DNA of 64,000 nucleotides from Magnetococcales bacterium (GTDB lineage Bacteria > Pseudomonadota > Magnetococcia > Magnetococcales > UBA8363). This document shows positions 39,135 to 49,843 of this stretch, one piece after another; position 1 is the first letter of the stretch; the number at the start of each line of letters is the position of its first letter. The notes below the pieces were generated by a model, which was not told the DNA's origin, did not search any database, and saw nothing but the letters and a program-made list of their open reading frames with translations. The DNA is taken from NCBI GenBank assembly GCA_015228925.1, contig JADGCQ010000008.1, forward strand, positions 2,249-66,248. Direction: 5' to 3'. Position numbers and translations under genes: made by a program.

Positions 39135-40035
39135 AAAAATGGAAGTACCGTTTCAAGGTTTCCATAAACTGTTCCAAATCTCGACGATCACGAACATACG
39201 GGGTACAACCGGGTTTAAAACTGGGAGAGTGCAATGTCAGGGAAAATACCGTCAGGCCACGTTGTAAAAGGGTAACGGTCAACCGTTCCAGCTCATCCGC
39301 GCTGTGCCCTTCCGGCGATAAACGGATCCGCTCCAACAGGCGGGTACGTGAAAGAATCCCAGGTAATCGCAATCGCTTGAGCCGGGGGCTGGAGGCAAAC
39401 CGATACAGTTGAGTGGCGCGACGGCGTGAACTGGCCAGCTTGCCGATAAAATCACCTGTCGCAGGAACGGAAAGAATCGATTGGTCGGCCATCCGTTGCG
39501 GATAATTGCTTGTGCGTGAAAAATCGGGGCCTCCGCCAGCTTGAAAGGAAAACGGCGGAGCCGGACTTAAATCAACTTCATAACCCAACTCATGAAGGAT
39601 GGCGGGCGTATTGGGACCGATACCATAACGCCCTGCCTTGTAAACCTTGGGTTGGCTCCCCATCACCGCTTGAATTTGCCGGGTGAGTATCGTCAGTTTT
39701 TCCCGTTCCACCGCAACAGGCAGATTACCTGGGAAACTGTTGGCATGGGTCAACGCCTCCACCAAGGGGGGGGTCACCCAGGGGTGGAGATGGGCACCCA
39801 TCACGGCACGACCGCCATCGATCAATTCCTTGAGGGGACGCCATCCTGCCTCCTGACTGGCCACGGGATAATCCATGACATAAATCGGTCGGATACCAAA
39901 GCGATCACACATCTCCTGACATCGGTGGATTTCCGCCATCGCCTGTACCGATGTCTGTCCCCGGTCGAAAGGGGCCGACCAATCAAATTCTTCTTCCGTA
40001 TCCACAACAACCAGGAGAATGGGTGGTAACGACAT
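39055..40035 (-). CDS. polysaccharide deacetylase family protein (WalW-like)
   Basis: VVVDTEEEFDW, GAHLHPW, YKAGRYG, TLHSPS. Confidence 0.85.
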   Translation of the reverse strand: MSLPPILLVVVDTEEEFDWSAPFDRGQTSVQAMAEIHRCQEMCDRFGIRPIYVMDYPVASQEAGWRPLKELIDGGRAVMGAHLHPWVTPPLVEALTHANSFPGNLPVAVEREKLTILTRQIQAVMGSQPKVYKAGRYGIGPNTPAILHELGYEVDLSPAPPFSFQAGGGPDFSRTSNYPQRMADQSILSVPATGDFIGKLASSRRRATQLYRFASSPRLKRLRLPGILSRTRLLERIRLSPEGHSADELERLTVTLLQRGLTVFSLTLHSPSFKPGCTPYVRDRRDLEQFMETLKRYFHFFIHVLEGVSATPLELEEGKLVSSQTE

Positions 40036-40338
40036 GATCGCTCCTTAAGATCATTAAAAAATCAAAGATACACCCTAATATGGCGATGGCATACCCAATG
40101 CTTTCACACCCTGGGTAGCCCACTCCGTGGCTATTTCCAAATGGGAAAATAGGGTTCAAATCTTGCTTTCGTCAACCATCCCCAGAGAGAACATTGACCT
40201 CCAGACAACAAGGCAGGACAATGCCGCCTGAGTTTTGAAGAATGGTCATCCTCGCAAGATTTGATGGCGCATCTTCAATCCTCAAAGCCGTATGAAACAA
40301 CGAGCCAACCTGCGCCCGGAAAGGGCCAAAATGCGTCC

Positions 40339-41778
40339 ATGATCCGAATTTTCAAGCATTTTATATCCCAATGGTCGATTCTGTTGCTGGTTGCCGAAAG
40401 TCTGGTGGGCATCCTGGCGGTCCATGTCGGTGTATGGATCCGTTTTTCGGGGGAAGCCCCCAGTGATTACAGCGATGGCAACGAACTCCTGATACGCTCC
40501 CTGTTTTTTTCCCTGGTCATGGTCATGAGCATGGCCGCCACAGGCCGCTATCAAAGAGTGTTGGACGATGGCTTCAGTGCTGAAGTCCTTCGGGTTGGTA
40601 TTAGCTTCGTCATCGGAATGATTGCATTTGGCCTTATTTTTTATGTCTTTCCAGATGTTTTTATCGGTCGCGGAACCAACGGTCTTGCCATGGCGTTCGC
40701 CTTTGTTCTATTCCTGGCGATTCGATGGATCTTCTACCATTATGTGATCGATATCGACGCACTCAAACGCAAAATCATGGTGTTTGGGGATGGCGAAAAC
40801 GCCCTCTTGGTTTATAATCTCGTAGATACAACCCCTTTCGGTGTCTGCATCGTCGGCTGCTGGCCCATTCCTGGACAAACCAGAGCCATACCGGCTGAAC
40901 TCGTCATCGATTCCAACGAAGACCTCGTTGACTGGGTGAAAAAAAATGATATCAACGAAATCGTCCTGGCCATGGATACGCAATTTCCCAACATGTATAC
41001 CAAGGAAATCCTCGATTGCAAAAGCAATGGGGTAAAAATTTTTGATCTTCCGGGTTTCTTTGAACGGGAAAACCATATCATCAACATGGATATTCTTAGC
41101 CCCGAATGGTGGATCCACCATTCCGATGGGCTGGATCAGGGGGCCGGAAAAGAATTTTCCAAAAAATTGTTTGATGTTTCCCTAACCTTGTTGCTACTTG
41201 CCATCGTCTGGCCAATCATGCTTCTGACGATCCTGGCCATTCTTATCGAAAGCAAGGGACGTGGACCTATTTTTTACATGCAAGAACGGGTTGGGTATGG
41301 CGGAAAGGTGTTCAATGTTCTCAAATTCCGCAGTATGCGTACCGATGCCGAAGGGGATGGGGTGGCCCGTTGGGCAAGCCAAAACGATGACCGCATCACC
41401 CGGGTGGGCAAGATCATCCGCAATACCAGAATCGATGAATTGCCGCAGTTCTTCAATGTTCTGCGTGGAGAGATGAGTTTGGTAGGACCAAGACCGGAAA
41501 GACCCGCTTTTGTCCATGTCCTTAAAAGCAAAATACCCTACTATGCTGAAAGATTGCGCGTCAAACCCGGCATAACAGGATGGGCGCAGGTACGCCACGG
41601 ATACAGTGCGTCGGATGAAGACGCTGCGGAAAAGTTGAAACATGATCTTTACTACGTCAAAAACCAAAGCCTGTTTTTAGACCTGCTGGTACTGATCCAT
41701 TCCGTTGAGGTCGTCCTCTTCGGTTCTGGGGCAACAGCCCCCATCCATCAAGGAAAGAAAACACATGATCGGGAATGA
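40339..41778 (+). CDS. priming sugar transferase, PEP-CTERM/XrtA-system type
   Basis: TM helices; KFRSM, DDRITRVG, RIDELPQ, GEMSLVGPRPERP, KPGITGWAQ; start placed at MIRIFK. Confidence 0.92.
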   Translation: MIRIFKHFISQWSILLLVAESLVGILAVHVGVWIRFSGEAPSDYSDGNELLIRSLFFSLVMVMSMAATGRYQRVLDDGFSAEVLRVGISFVIGMIAFGLIFYVFPDVFIGRGTNGLAMAFAFVLFLAIRWIFYHYVIDIDALKRKIMVFGDGENALLVYNLVDTTPFGVCIVGCWPIPGQTRAIPAELVIDSNEDLVDWVKKNDINEIVLAMDTQFPNMYTKEILDCKSNGVKIFDLPGFFERENHIINMDILSPEWWIHHSDGLDQGAGKEFSKKLFDVSLTLLLLAIVWPIMLLTILAILIESKGRGPIFYMQERVGYGGKVFNVLKFRSMRTDAEGDGVARWASQNDDRITRVGKIIRNTRIDELPQFFNVLRGEMSLVGPRPERPAFVHVLKSKIPYYAERLRVKPGITGWAQVRHGYSASDEDAAEKLKHDLYYVKNQSLFLDLLVLIHSVEVVLFGSGATAPIHQGKKTHDRE

Positions 41779-41915
41779 ACTGTACCCACAACAGCTTTTG
41801 CGGTATGGTGTGGTTTTGGGATATGAGTTCCATGCCGCCCGGTTGGGAGTGCGCATGAGTCACGGGAACGTTTTCCCTCCGTCAATCACCATCAAGAGCT
41901 AAACGCATCCTGGTC

Positions 41916-43487
41916 ATGCAACAGGAATCTGGATTACGCGATTTTTATTTTCAGGTAGTCATTCATTTGCGCGGAATGTGGCGTCACCGTTGGCAAATGG
42001 TATTTTCTACTTGGTTTGTGTGTATTGCCGGCTGGGGTGCCGTCGCACTCATGGAGGATCAATACGTCGCCCGTGCCCAGGTGCAAATCGACGATCCTCG
42101 TGAAAATATTTCTCAATTCCTCGAAAAGGACTCCATCGCCCTAGACGTAACCCGCGAAGCCAAACGAATCCTGAACCGACTGCTGGAACGGGACAATCTG
42201 CTCAAGATTATTCGGGAAACCGATCTGGCCTTCCGTGTTTCCAACGATACCGAAAAAGAAGAGGTACTTCGGGAACTTCGGGCGCAACTGGTCGTCAAAC
42301 AGGCCGCCAACAACGTCTATCAAATCGTTCACCGTCACTCCGAGGCGCGCCTGACCCAACAGGTGGTTGAGGTGTTGCTTGAAAGTCTTCCGCTGGATAA
42401 CGTCAAAGAATACCGCGAGGATAACGCCCGTACCGCAGAGGAATTCCTAGGGCAACAGGTCAACGATTTTGAACACAAGGTTATCGATGCGGAACGCCAA
42501 CTGAGAGAATTCAAAGCCAGAAATATGTTGCTTCTCCCTGGGAAGGATGGCGGCTATTACGAGCGCATGCATGGCATGGTGCAAAAGGTGGAAGAGGATG
42601 AAAGCACTCTCAAGGAATTGGACAGACGTGAAGAGGAAATGACACGGCAACTGGCGCAAATGAACAGTACCAGCACCTCGCCAACGGCAGAGGTTGATGG
42701 ACGCATCGAAGAATTAAACGCGCAACTCAACGAACTTTTTGAAAAAACCTACGTGAAAAACGGCGTCAAGATGAGGCTCTATACCGAGAATCATTCGGAA
42801 GTCATGTCTCTACGCAAATCCATCGAGATGTTACAACAGCAAAAAAAAGAAATTACCGATCGGTTACGGCAGGAAGCGGAAAATCCTGATCGGTGGGAAA
42901 TGGAATCCAATCCGATCTATCGTCGCCTCAAAGCGACGCTCAGCGAACTCGAGGTTGAAAAAGCGACCGTCCAATCCCGTTTGATGGAGACCAAGCAAAA
43001 ACTTGCCAAACTCAAGGAAATGGAATCCTCCCTCCCCAATATTGAAAACGAAATGTTGCGATTGCAAAGTTATCTGGAGATGTCGAAGAAGAAAATGCTC
43101 TCTATGCTGGACAAAGAGGGTTCTGCACGTTTTACGGGAGATATTGCCGAAGGGTTGAGCCGCTATGTCCATTTTAAAGTGTTGGAACGCCCCTCTGTTC
43201 CTGACCGTCCCGTAGGTCCAGATCGCGTGCTGTTCTGCTCCGTCGTTTTGGCGGGAGGGCTTTCTGCGGGAATCGCCCTTGGTTTGTTTTTGACGGTCAT
43301 TCGACCTGTTTTCGACAGTCCCGCTTCCATGCGGAAAGTATTAGGTTTGCCAGTTTTAGGGATGGTATCCATGGTAGACGAAGGGGTCAGTAATCGTTGG
43401 AAAAGTTCAAATCCTGCATTCTTCGCGGCTTTCCTTGGAATATTTTTATGTTTCCTGGCGGTGTTATATCTGGGTGGCAGACTTTAG
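41916..43487 (+). CDS. polysaccharide chain-length determinant / co-polymerase (Wzc N-part, XrtA-type)
   Basis: Two TM segments flanking a long coiled coil; YTENHSEV, PDRPVGPDR, LGLPVLG. Confidence 0.88.
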   Translation: MQQESGLRDFYFQVVIHLRGMWRHRWQMVFSTWFVCIAGWGAVALMEDQYVARAQVQIDDPRENISQFLEKDSIALDVTREAKRILNRLLERDNLLKIIRETDLAFRVSNDTEKEEVLRELRAQLVVKQAANNVYQIVHRHSEARLTQQVVEVLLESLPLDNVKEYREDNARTAEEFLGQQVNDFEHKVIDAERQLREFKARNMLLLPGKDGGYYERMHGMVQKVEEDESTLKELDRREEEMTRQLAQMNSTSTSPTAEVDGRIEELNAQLNELFEKTYVKNGVKMRLYTENHSEVMSLRKSIEMLQQQKKEITDRLRQEAENPDRWEMESNPIYRRLKATLSELEVEKATVQSRLMETKQKLAKLKEMESSLPNIENEMLRLQSYLEMSKKKMLSMLDKEGSARFTGDIAEGLSRYVHFKVLERPSVPDRPVGPDRVLFCSVVLAGGLSAGIALGLFLTVIRPVFDSPASMRKVLGLPVLGMVSMVDEGVSNRWKSSNPAFFAAFLGIFLCFLAVLYLGGRL

Positions 43488-43595
43488 ACGGACAGGGTAT
43501 CTTAAGGGTGCGGGATCAACTATTTATTGGCCAGCGTGGCTGTATTGTGTTATTTTCCACGATGAATTAATGTCGGCTTTAAGTCTTCACCTGAA

Positions 43596-44477
43596 GTGCC
43601 GACCGTTTCGACTGCCCGCCAACGCTGGAATCAACTCATGGCCGAATTGCAGGTTCGCAAAAAAATCACTCTGGACTTTGAGAAACTCCGCTCCCGTGGC
43701 GTTTTGACACCGGACTCGGGCCGAAGTGTGGTAGCCGAGGAGTATCGGATCATCAAGCGACCGCTTCTACTGGGCGGTTTGGGTAGCGACAGCGATAAGT
43801 TCGACAAACGCAAACGGAAAATGATCATGGTGACCAGTGCCTTCCCAAAAGAGGGCAAAACCTTCACCGCAATCAACCTGGCCATGAGTCTGGCAGCGGA
43901 AATGGATTCGACGGTTCTATTGGTTGACGGGGATGTGGCCAAACCATCGGTGGCGCGTCTATTGGGTTTCAAGGCCAAGGAAGGGTTGATCGATTGTCTG
44001 TTGAACAAAGTGGATAATTTTACCGATGTCCTCATCCGCACCAATGTCCCCAAGTTGATGATTCTCCCCTCTGGGCGGAGGCACCATCATGCCACGGAAT
44101 TGTTGGCCAGTGAAAACATGCGCCTGTTGCTCGACCAAATCATGGATGATCCCGATCGGATTGTGGTATTTGATTCACCACCCTTGCTGGTGACGACCGA
44201 GGCCCGGGAACTGGCGCGAAACATGGGTCAGATCGTCATGGTGGTCGAGGCGGAGCGGACACCCCAATACGCCGTCAAAGATGCCCTGCAACAGCTTGAC
44301 AATCTTGAGATTGTTGGATTGGTCCTCAACAAGATTCGCAAACGTTCCAGTGGCGGCTATTACTATTATGGCTACGGTGGTTATGGCGGCTATGGCGGCT
44401 ATGGCAGTTACGGTAGCTATGGCTCGGAAGAGCCACAACCCAAACGAAGCTGGATCAAGCGTCTATTTGGACTCTAG
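43596..44477 (+). CDS. BY-kinase tyrosine autokinase (XrtA-associated type)
   Basis: AEEYRIIKRPL, SAFPKEGKT, LLVDGD, VVFDSPP, C-terminal Tyr cluster. Confidence 0.92.
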   Translation: MPTVSTARQRWNQLMAELQVRKKITLDFEKLRSRGVLTPDSGRSVVAEEYRIIKRPLLLGGLGSDSDKFDKRKRKMIMVTSAFPKEGKTFTAINLAMSLAAEMDSTVLLVDGDVAKPSVARLLGFKAKEGLIDCLLNKVDNFTDVLIRTNVPKLMILPSGRRHHHATELLASENMRLLLDQIMDDPDRIVVFDSPPLLVTTEARELARNMGQIVMVVEAERTPQYAVKDALQQLDNLEIVGLVLNKIRKRSSGGYYYYGYGGYGGYGGYGSYGSYGSEEPQPKRSWIKRLFGL

Positions 44478-44484
44478 GTATCCC

Positions 44485-45609
44485 ATGACTCCCCCCATTT
44501 TATGTGTTGTCGGGGCTAGGCCCAATTTTATGAAAATGGCCGCGATCCTGCCGGCCCTGAGGGGGTTGTCTACCCCGCTGGAAACTCGATTGATCCATAC
44601 CGGGCAACATTATGACGCCGCGATGAAGGAGACGTTCTTTCGGCAGTTGGGAATACCCGAACCCGATATGGACCTGGGGGTTGGTTCGGGAACACATGCC
44701 GTTCAAACCGCCACAATCATGAGTCGATTTGAGCCGGTCATGGATGCCGAACCCCCGTTGGCAGTTTTGGTGGTCGGGGATGTCAACTCGACTATCGCCT
44801 GCGCCCTCGTCGCAGCGAAAAAAAGTGTTCCAGTGATTCATGTGGAGGCGGGTCTGCGCAGCCGGGATCGGAGTATGCCCGAAGAGATCAACCGCATACT
44901 CACCGACCAACTATCGCACTATCTTTTTACCACCGAACGCAGTGCCCATGACAATCTTCTGGCGGAAGGGATCGGGGAAGAACGTATTTTCTTTGTCGGC
45001 AACGTCATGATTGACACCTTGTTCCGACTGCTTCCTCAAGCCCCTTCCTTGACGGAAGTATTTCGCGCCAATCCTGGTGATACAAACATCTCGCTGACAA
45101 CGGGGATGGCCTATGGCTTGGTGACCTTGCATCGCCCTGCCAATGTCGATGATCCGCAAACGCTCACTATGCTGATGCGGTGTCTGGCAGAGCAGAGCAA
45201 AAAACTGCCGTTGGTGTTTCCCGTTCATCCGCGCACGCGAAAGCGGATGCACGATATGGGGTTGGCGTCATTGCTTGGCCAAAGCGCGATCATCTTCCTA
45301 CCGCCGGTCAGCTACCTGGAGATGTTGTCATTAATGAAATCTGCCAAGGTTATTCTCACCGATTCGGGCGGTGTACAGGAAGAATCCACCGCTTTGGGGT
45401 GCCCCTGCCTGACTCTGCGTGACAATACAGAACGCCCCATCACCGTTTCCGAGGGGACCAATACCATCGTTGGCCGCGATCCCGCAAAAATCGCCCATGA
45501 ACTGGATGAGATTCTGGCCAGAGGTGGGAAAACGGGTCGGATACCCGAATTTTGGGACGGTCACGCCGCCCAGCGGATTGCCGAACAGTTGAGCCGATCA
45601 TTACGATGA
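44485..45609 (+). CDS. wecB: UDP-N-acetylglucosamine 2-epimerase (non-hydrolysing)
   Basis: GARPNFMK, HTGQHY, HVEAGLRS, PEEINR, TDSGGVQEE; start placed at MTPPIL. Confidence 0.95.
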   Translation: MTPPILCVVGARPNFMKMAAILPALRGLSTPLETRLIHTGQHYDAAMKETFFRQLGIPEPDMDLGVGSGTHAVQTATIMSRFEPVMDAEPPLAVLVVGDVNSTIACALVAAKKSVPVIHVEAGLRSRDRSMPEEINRILTDQLSHYLFTTERSAHDNLLAEGIGEERIFFVGNVMIDTLFRLLPQAPSLTEVFRANPGDTNISLTTGMAYGLVTLHRPANVDDPQTLTMLMRCLAEQSKKLPLVFPVHPRTRKRMHDMGLASLLGQSAIIFLPPVSYLEMLSLMKSAKVILTDSGGVQEESTALGCPCLTLRDNTERPITVSEGTNTIVGRDPAKIAHELDEILARGGKTGRIPEFWDGHAAQRIAEQLSRSLR

Positions 45610-45658
45610 AGAGGGCTTCAGGCGTTCATCCCGTCCCGAATCCTCATGGAATCAAGTC

Positions 45659-46552
45659 ATGCCGGTAACACCACCATCCATCCCCCCGATCATGAATGCT
45701 TTTACAGTCGATGTGGAAGATTATTTTCACGTCGCCCTGTTTGAAAAGCATGTTTCCTGCGACCGTTGGTCCACCATGGAACACCGTGTGGAGAGGAACA
45801 CCGATCGGATTTTGGAGATGATGGCACAGAGGGACATTCACGGTACATTTTTTGTTTTGGGTTGGATTGCTGAACGCTACCCAGCATTGGTACGTCGCAT
45901 TTCCGACCAGGGCCATGAAATTGCCAGCCATGGGATGCATCATATTCGGGTCACGTTGCAATCCCCAGAGGTATTTTTCCAGGATGTCCAGGAATGTAAA
46001 CACAAGCTGGAGGACATTTGTGGCCAGCCGGTGCGTGGCTATCGCGCTTCGACCTACTCCATTGGTCGTGATAATTTGTGGGCTTTGGACGTTCTGAAAA
46101 AGGCCGGATATCGCTATAGTTCGAGTATCTATCCCATTCGCCATGATCTTTACGGTTGGCCCGACGCCCCTCGCTTTGCATTTTATCCTCGGCGGGATGA
46201 AAACAAGGGTGATGGCCTCTTGGAGATACCAATCTCGACACTGGAGTGGCTGGGACGACGCATCCCCTGCGGTGGCGGTGGTTATTTTCGTCTCTACCCC
46301 CTCGCCTTTTCCATCTGGGCATTGCGGCATCTTAACAAGAAAGAGGGTGAAAGTGCGGTATTCTATTTGCATCCATGGGAGCTGGACCCTGGACAACCAC
46401 GGTTACCTGGTTTGCCCATGAAGGTCCGCTTTCGGCATTATTTAAATTTGGAAAAAATGGATGCCCGACTGCACTGTCTGCTTGATTCATTACGATGGGA
46501 TCGGATGGATCGGGTATTCGCACATCGGTTGGAGATGGAGAACAAGAGATGA
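45659..46552 (+). CDS. XrtA-system polysaccharide deacetylase
   Basis: TVDVEDYF, TFFVLGW, GHEIASHG, GGGYFRL, YLHPWELDP. Confidence 0.92.
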   Translation: MPVTPPSIPPIMNAFTVDVEDYFHVALFEKHVSCDRWSTMEHRVERNTDRILEMMAQRDIHGTFFVLGWIAERYPALVRRISDQGHEIASHGMHHIRVTLQSPEVFFQDVQECKHKLEDICGQPVRGYRASTYSIGRDNLWALDVLKKAGYRYSSSIYPIRHDLYGWPDAPRFAFYPRRDENKGDGLLEIPISTLEWLGRRIPCGGGGYFRLYPLAFSIWALRHLNKKEGESAVFYLHPWELDPGQPRLPGLPMKVRFRHYLNLEKMDARLHCLLDSLRWDRMDRVFAHRLEMENKR

Positions 46553-47598
46553 GTCGAATCCTCGCAGGAGTCACTGTCCGTGGTATGCAGGTGCAGGACA
46601 GGTCAGCCTGGGACCGGTTTGTTATGACAGCACCACAGGCAACCTTTTTTCACCGATGGGGTTGGCAACAGGTGTTGGAAAAGGCGTTTGGTCACGAAAC
46701 CTATTATTTATTGGCGGAAGCGGACGGAGAAATTGTCGGGATACTCCCGTTGGGACGCATCAAAAGTTTTTTATTTGGTGATGTTCTGGTATCGACCCCC
46801 TTCTGTGTAACCGGAGGTATTGTGGCGGTCGATGGTGCCGTCGCCATGCTTTTGGAGCAGGAAGCGGTTGCATTGGCCCATCGATTGCGTGTGGATCATC
46901 TGGAAATGCGCTCTGCCCACCCCATGCATCCACAGTGGTTGCACAAGGATCTTTACTATACGTTCAAGAAGGACATTTCACCCAATCCAGAGGCCAACCT
47001 GAAAGCGATCCCCCGTAAGCAGCGTGCCGAAGTACGCCGAGGCGTTGATCATGGCCTGACAGGGATAATCGACCCAGATGTGGCGGGAGCTTGTTATGAT
47101 GTTTATTCCGAGAGCGTTCGCAATCTGGGGACACCGGTGTTTCCACGCCGCCTCTTTACGGTACTGAAAGAGGTCTTTGGTGATGATTGTGATGCCCTGG
47201 TGATTATGCATCAATCTCGTCCCGTCGCCGCAGTATTGAATTTTTACTTCCGCGATCAAGTGTTACCCTATTATGGTGGCGGTGTCACCCAGGGACGCGG
47301 GCTTGGGGCGACCCATTTTATGTATTGGGATCTGATGAACCGCAGTGCCAAAGATCGTGGCGTGGTAACTTTTGATTTTGGCCGCAGCAAGGTTGGCAGC
47401 GGTTCTTATGATTTTAAACGCTATTTTGGCTTTGAACCCAAAGCATTACACTATGCATATCATTTGGTCGCGGGCAAAGAGATGCCGGATGTCAATCCCA
47501 ACAATCCTAAATACCGATTATTCATCGACTTGTGGAAAAAGCTGCCCCTGGGGGTCAGTCGAACACTTGGGCCGATGATTGCGAAGAATCTGGGTTGA
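46549..47598 (+). CDS. FemAB-related GNAT-fold protein, XrtA/PEP-CTERM system
   Basis: IPRKQRAEVR, SVRNLGTPVFP, FDFGRSK, NPNNPKY; start placed at MSRIL. Confidence 0.9.
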   Translation: MSRILAGVTVRGMQVQDRSAWDRFVMTAPQATFFHRWGWQQVLEKAFGHETYYLLAEADGEIVGILPLGRIKSFLFGDVLVSTPFCVTGGIVAVDGAVAMLLEQEAVALAHRLRVDHLEMRSAHPMHPQWLHKDLYYTFKKDISPNPEANLKAIPRKQRAEVRRGVDHGLTGIIDPDVAGACYDVYSESVRNLGTPVFPRRLFTVLKEVFGDDCDALVIMHQSRPVAAVLNFYFRDQVLPYYGGGVTQGRGLGATHFMYWDLMNRSAKDRGVVTFDFGRSKVGSGSYDFKRYFGFEPKALHYAYHLVAGKEMPDVNPNNPKYRLFIDLWKKLPLGVSRTLGPMIAKNLG

Positions 47599-47609
47599 AG
47601 GGGAAATTG

Positions 47610-48770
47610 ATGGCCGTTAGCGGAATGGGTGACTCCCAGGGAACGCCCCTCTCGGTTGCTTTGGTACGGCAACGTTATACCCCCTATGGGGGGGCGGAAA
47701 GGTTTGTGGAGCGGGTTGTGGAGACGCTGAGTCGCCAGGGGATGGCGGTCACGGTGGTTGCGCGGCAGTGGCACCCTGAGGCTGGAAATGGCGTTGACAT
47801 ACACTGTAATCCCTTCCATCTGGGACGGTTATGGCGGGATTATGGATTTTCCCGTTGCGTGCAACGCCATTGGTTGGGACGACCGGGATGGATGGTGCAA
47901 TCCCACGAACGGATTCCCGGGTGCAACTTATATCGTGCCGGCGACGGGGTTCATGCGCAATGGTTGGCCTATCGCGCCCGTATGCAAAATCCGCTACAAC
48001 GGTTGGCCACTCGGATCAACCCCTATCACCGTTATCTGCTGGCGATGGAACGTCGCTTGTTTGGTCATCCCGAACTGCGGGCTGTGATCTGCAATTCACA
48101 GATGGTGCGTCATGAGATTCAATCGTGGTTTGAAGTTCCCGATGAGAAGTTGCATGTCATTTATTCCGGGGTGGATACCGAGGCATTTCATCCACATTTT
48201 GGGAAAGAGTATGCCCAAAAAGTTCGATTGGAATGGGGTATTCCTGGAGATGCCACCTTGTTTTTGTTTGTTGGTTCTGGTTATGAACGCAAGGGGTTAT
48301 TGACCTTGCTCAGGGCGATGATGCGGGTTGAGGATGCTTGGTTGCTGGTGGTTGGCCGTGATGGTCAGGGGGAAAAATTTAAACAAATCGCCAAGCGATT
48401 CAAAATATCGGGCCGTATCCGTTTTGCCGGAGGACGTGAAGATGTGCGGCCTTTTTATGCCGCAGCCGATGCACTGGTTCTTCCTACCTTGTACGATCCT
48501 TTCCCCAATGTTGTCTTGGAAGCGATGGCTTGCGGACTTCCTGTGATCACCAGCCATCAATGTGGTGCCTCGGACTTTTTCAAGGAAGGGCGAGCCGGAT
48601 TATTGTGCGACGCCTGGGATGCGGAGACCTTGGCACGGCATCTTGCGGACATGATGGATTCCCGACGACGGCGGCAATTGGGCCAAGAGGGACGCTCCTT
48701 GGCGGAAACATTGACGTGGGAAAGGGTGGGCATCCAGTTGGATGCGTTGTATCGTCGCATCATGGCTTGA
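47610..48770 (+). CDS. GT4 glycosyltransferase (WabG/RfaG-like)
   Basis: YGGAERF, QSHERIPG, RAGDGVH, VGSGYERKG, YDPFPNVVLEAMACG. Confidence 0.9.
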   Translation: MAVSGMGDSQGTPLSVALVRQRYTPYGGAERFVERVVETLSRQGMAVTVVARQWHPEAGNGVDIHCNPFHLGRLWRDYGFSRCVQRHWLGRPGWMVQSHERIPGCNLYRAGDGVHAQWLAYRARMQNPLQRLATRINPYHRYLLAMERRLFGHPELRAVICNSQMVRHEIQSWFEVPDEKLHVIYSGVDTEAFHPHFGKEYAQKVRLEWGIPGDATLFLFVGSGYERKGLLTLLRAMMRVEDAWLLVVGRDGQGEKFKQIAKRFKISGRIRFAGGREDVRPFYAAADALVLPTLYDPFPNVVLEAMACGLPVITSHQCGASDFFKEGRAGLLCDAWDAETLARHLADMMDSRRRRQLGQEGRSLAETLTWERVGIQLDALYRRIMA

Positions 48771-48823
48771 AAGCAATCAATCCCTTTTTCCGGTTTCCTG
48801 ACTCAAGAGGATCTCAGTCGAAC

Positions 48824-49843
48824 ATGCTTACAAAACCTATTGCCGTCGTCACGGGAGGAGCTGGTTTTATCGGCAGTCACATGACGGATCGCCTTTTGGA
48901 TGCAGGGTTTGCGGTACGGATCATCGATAATTTAAGTGGCGGACGATTATCCAATCTGGCCCACCGTTCCAGGAATAGTGATTTATCTGTGGAACAATGT
49001 GACATTTGTAACCTTTCTCAGGACAGTGCCATTTTCAAAGATGCCCAGTTGGTCTTTCATTTTGCCGGTATTGGCGATATCGTCCCTTCCATTGAGCAAC
49101 CTGTCGCATACATGGCCACCAATGTGCAGGGTACAGTCCGGGTCTTGGAAGCGGCCCGCCATGGCGGTCAGGTAAAACGTTTTGTCTATGCCGCCTCTTC
49201 TTCGTGTTATGGCTTGGCCGAGACGCCAACGCGGGAGGATTTCCCCATCCAACCGCAATATCCCTATGCTTTGAGTAAATATCTGGGGGAACAAGCGGTT
49301 TTACATTGGGGCAAAGTCTATGGACTTCCTGTTAATTCCATGCGCATCTTTAACGCCTATGGTCCCCGTGTACGGACCACAGGGGCTTATGGGGCGGTAT
49401 TTGGGGTGTTTTTTCGGCAAAAACTGGCGGGAAAACCCTATACAGTCGTCGGCGATGGTACGCAAAGTCGTGATTTTATTTATGTAACCGACGTGGCGGA
49501 AGCCTTTTTCCAAGCAAGCCAACATGGTCATCCCGGTGAAATTTATAATATTGGTGCGAACAATCCGCGAACGGTTCTGGAATTGGTCCAATTGTTGGGT
49601 GGGGAGATGGTATTTGTCCCCAAGCGTCCAGGGGAACCGGATTGCACCTGGGCCAATATTGATAAAATCACCCAGCATTTGGGGTGGCGACCACAGGTCG
49701 ATTTTCCAACGGGGGTTGCGACCATGATGAAAGATATCGAAAATTGGCGGGATGCCCCCTTATGGGATGTTGACAGTATCGCCGAAGCGACGCGAACATG
49801 GTTTCAGTACATGGACCCCCAACAGTCGGCTAAACGATCTTGA
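48824..49843 (+). CDS. NAD-dependent nucleotide-sugar epimerase/dehydratase (extended SDR)
   Basis: TGGAGFIGS, ASSSCYG, YALSK, FNAYGP; start placed at MLTKPI. Confidence 0.92.
   Translation: MLTKPIAVVTGGAGFIGSHMTDRLLDAGFAVRIIDNLSGGRLSNLAHRSRNSDLSVEQCDICNLSQDSAIFKDAQLVFHFAGIGDIVPSIEQPVAYMATNVQGTVRVLEAARHGGQVKRFVYAASSSCYGLAETPTREDFPIQPQYPYALSKYLGEQAVLHWGKVYGLPVNSMRIFNAYGPRVRTTGAYGAVFGVFFRQKLAGKPYTVVGDGTQSRDFIYVTDVAEAFFQASQHGHPGEIYNIGANNPRTVLELVQLLGGEMVFVPKRPGEPDCTWANIDKITQHLGWRPQVDFPTGVATMMKDIENWRDAPLWDVDSIAEATRTWFQYMDPQQSAKRS

Noticed and set aside
40152-40167. Possible sigma54 promoter GGGTTCAAATCTTGCT before the EPS cluster
   Set aside because: GG-N10-GC spacing is present but the -24 element matches poorly; insufficient support
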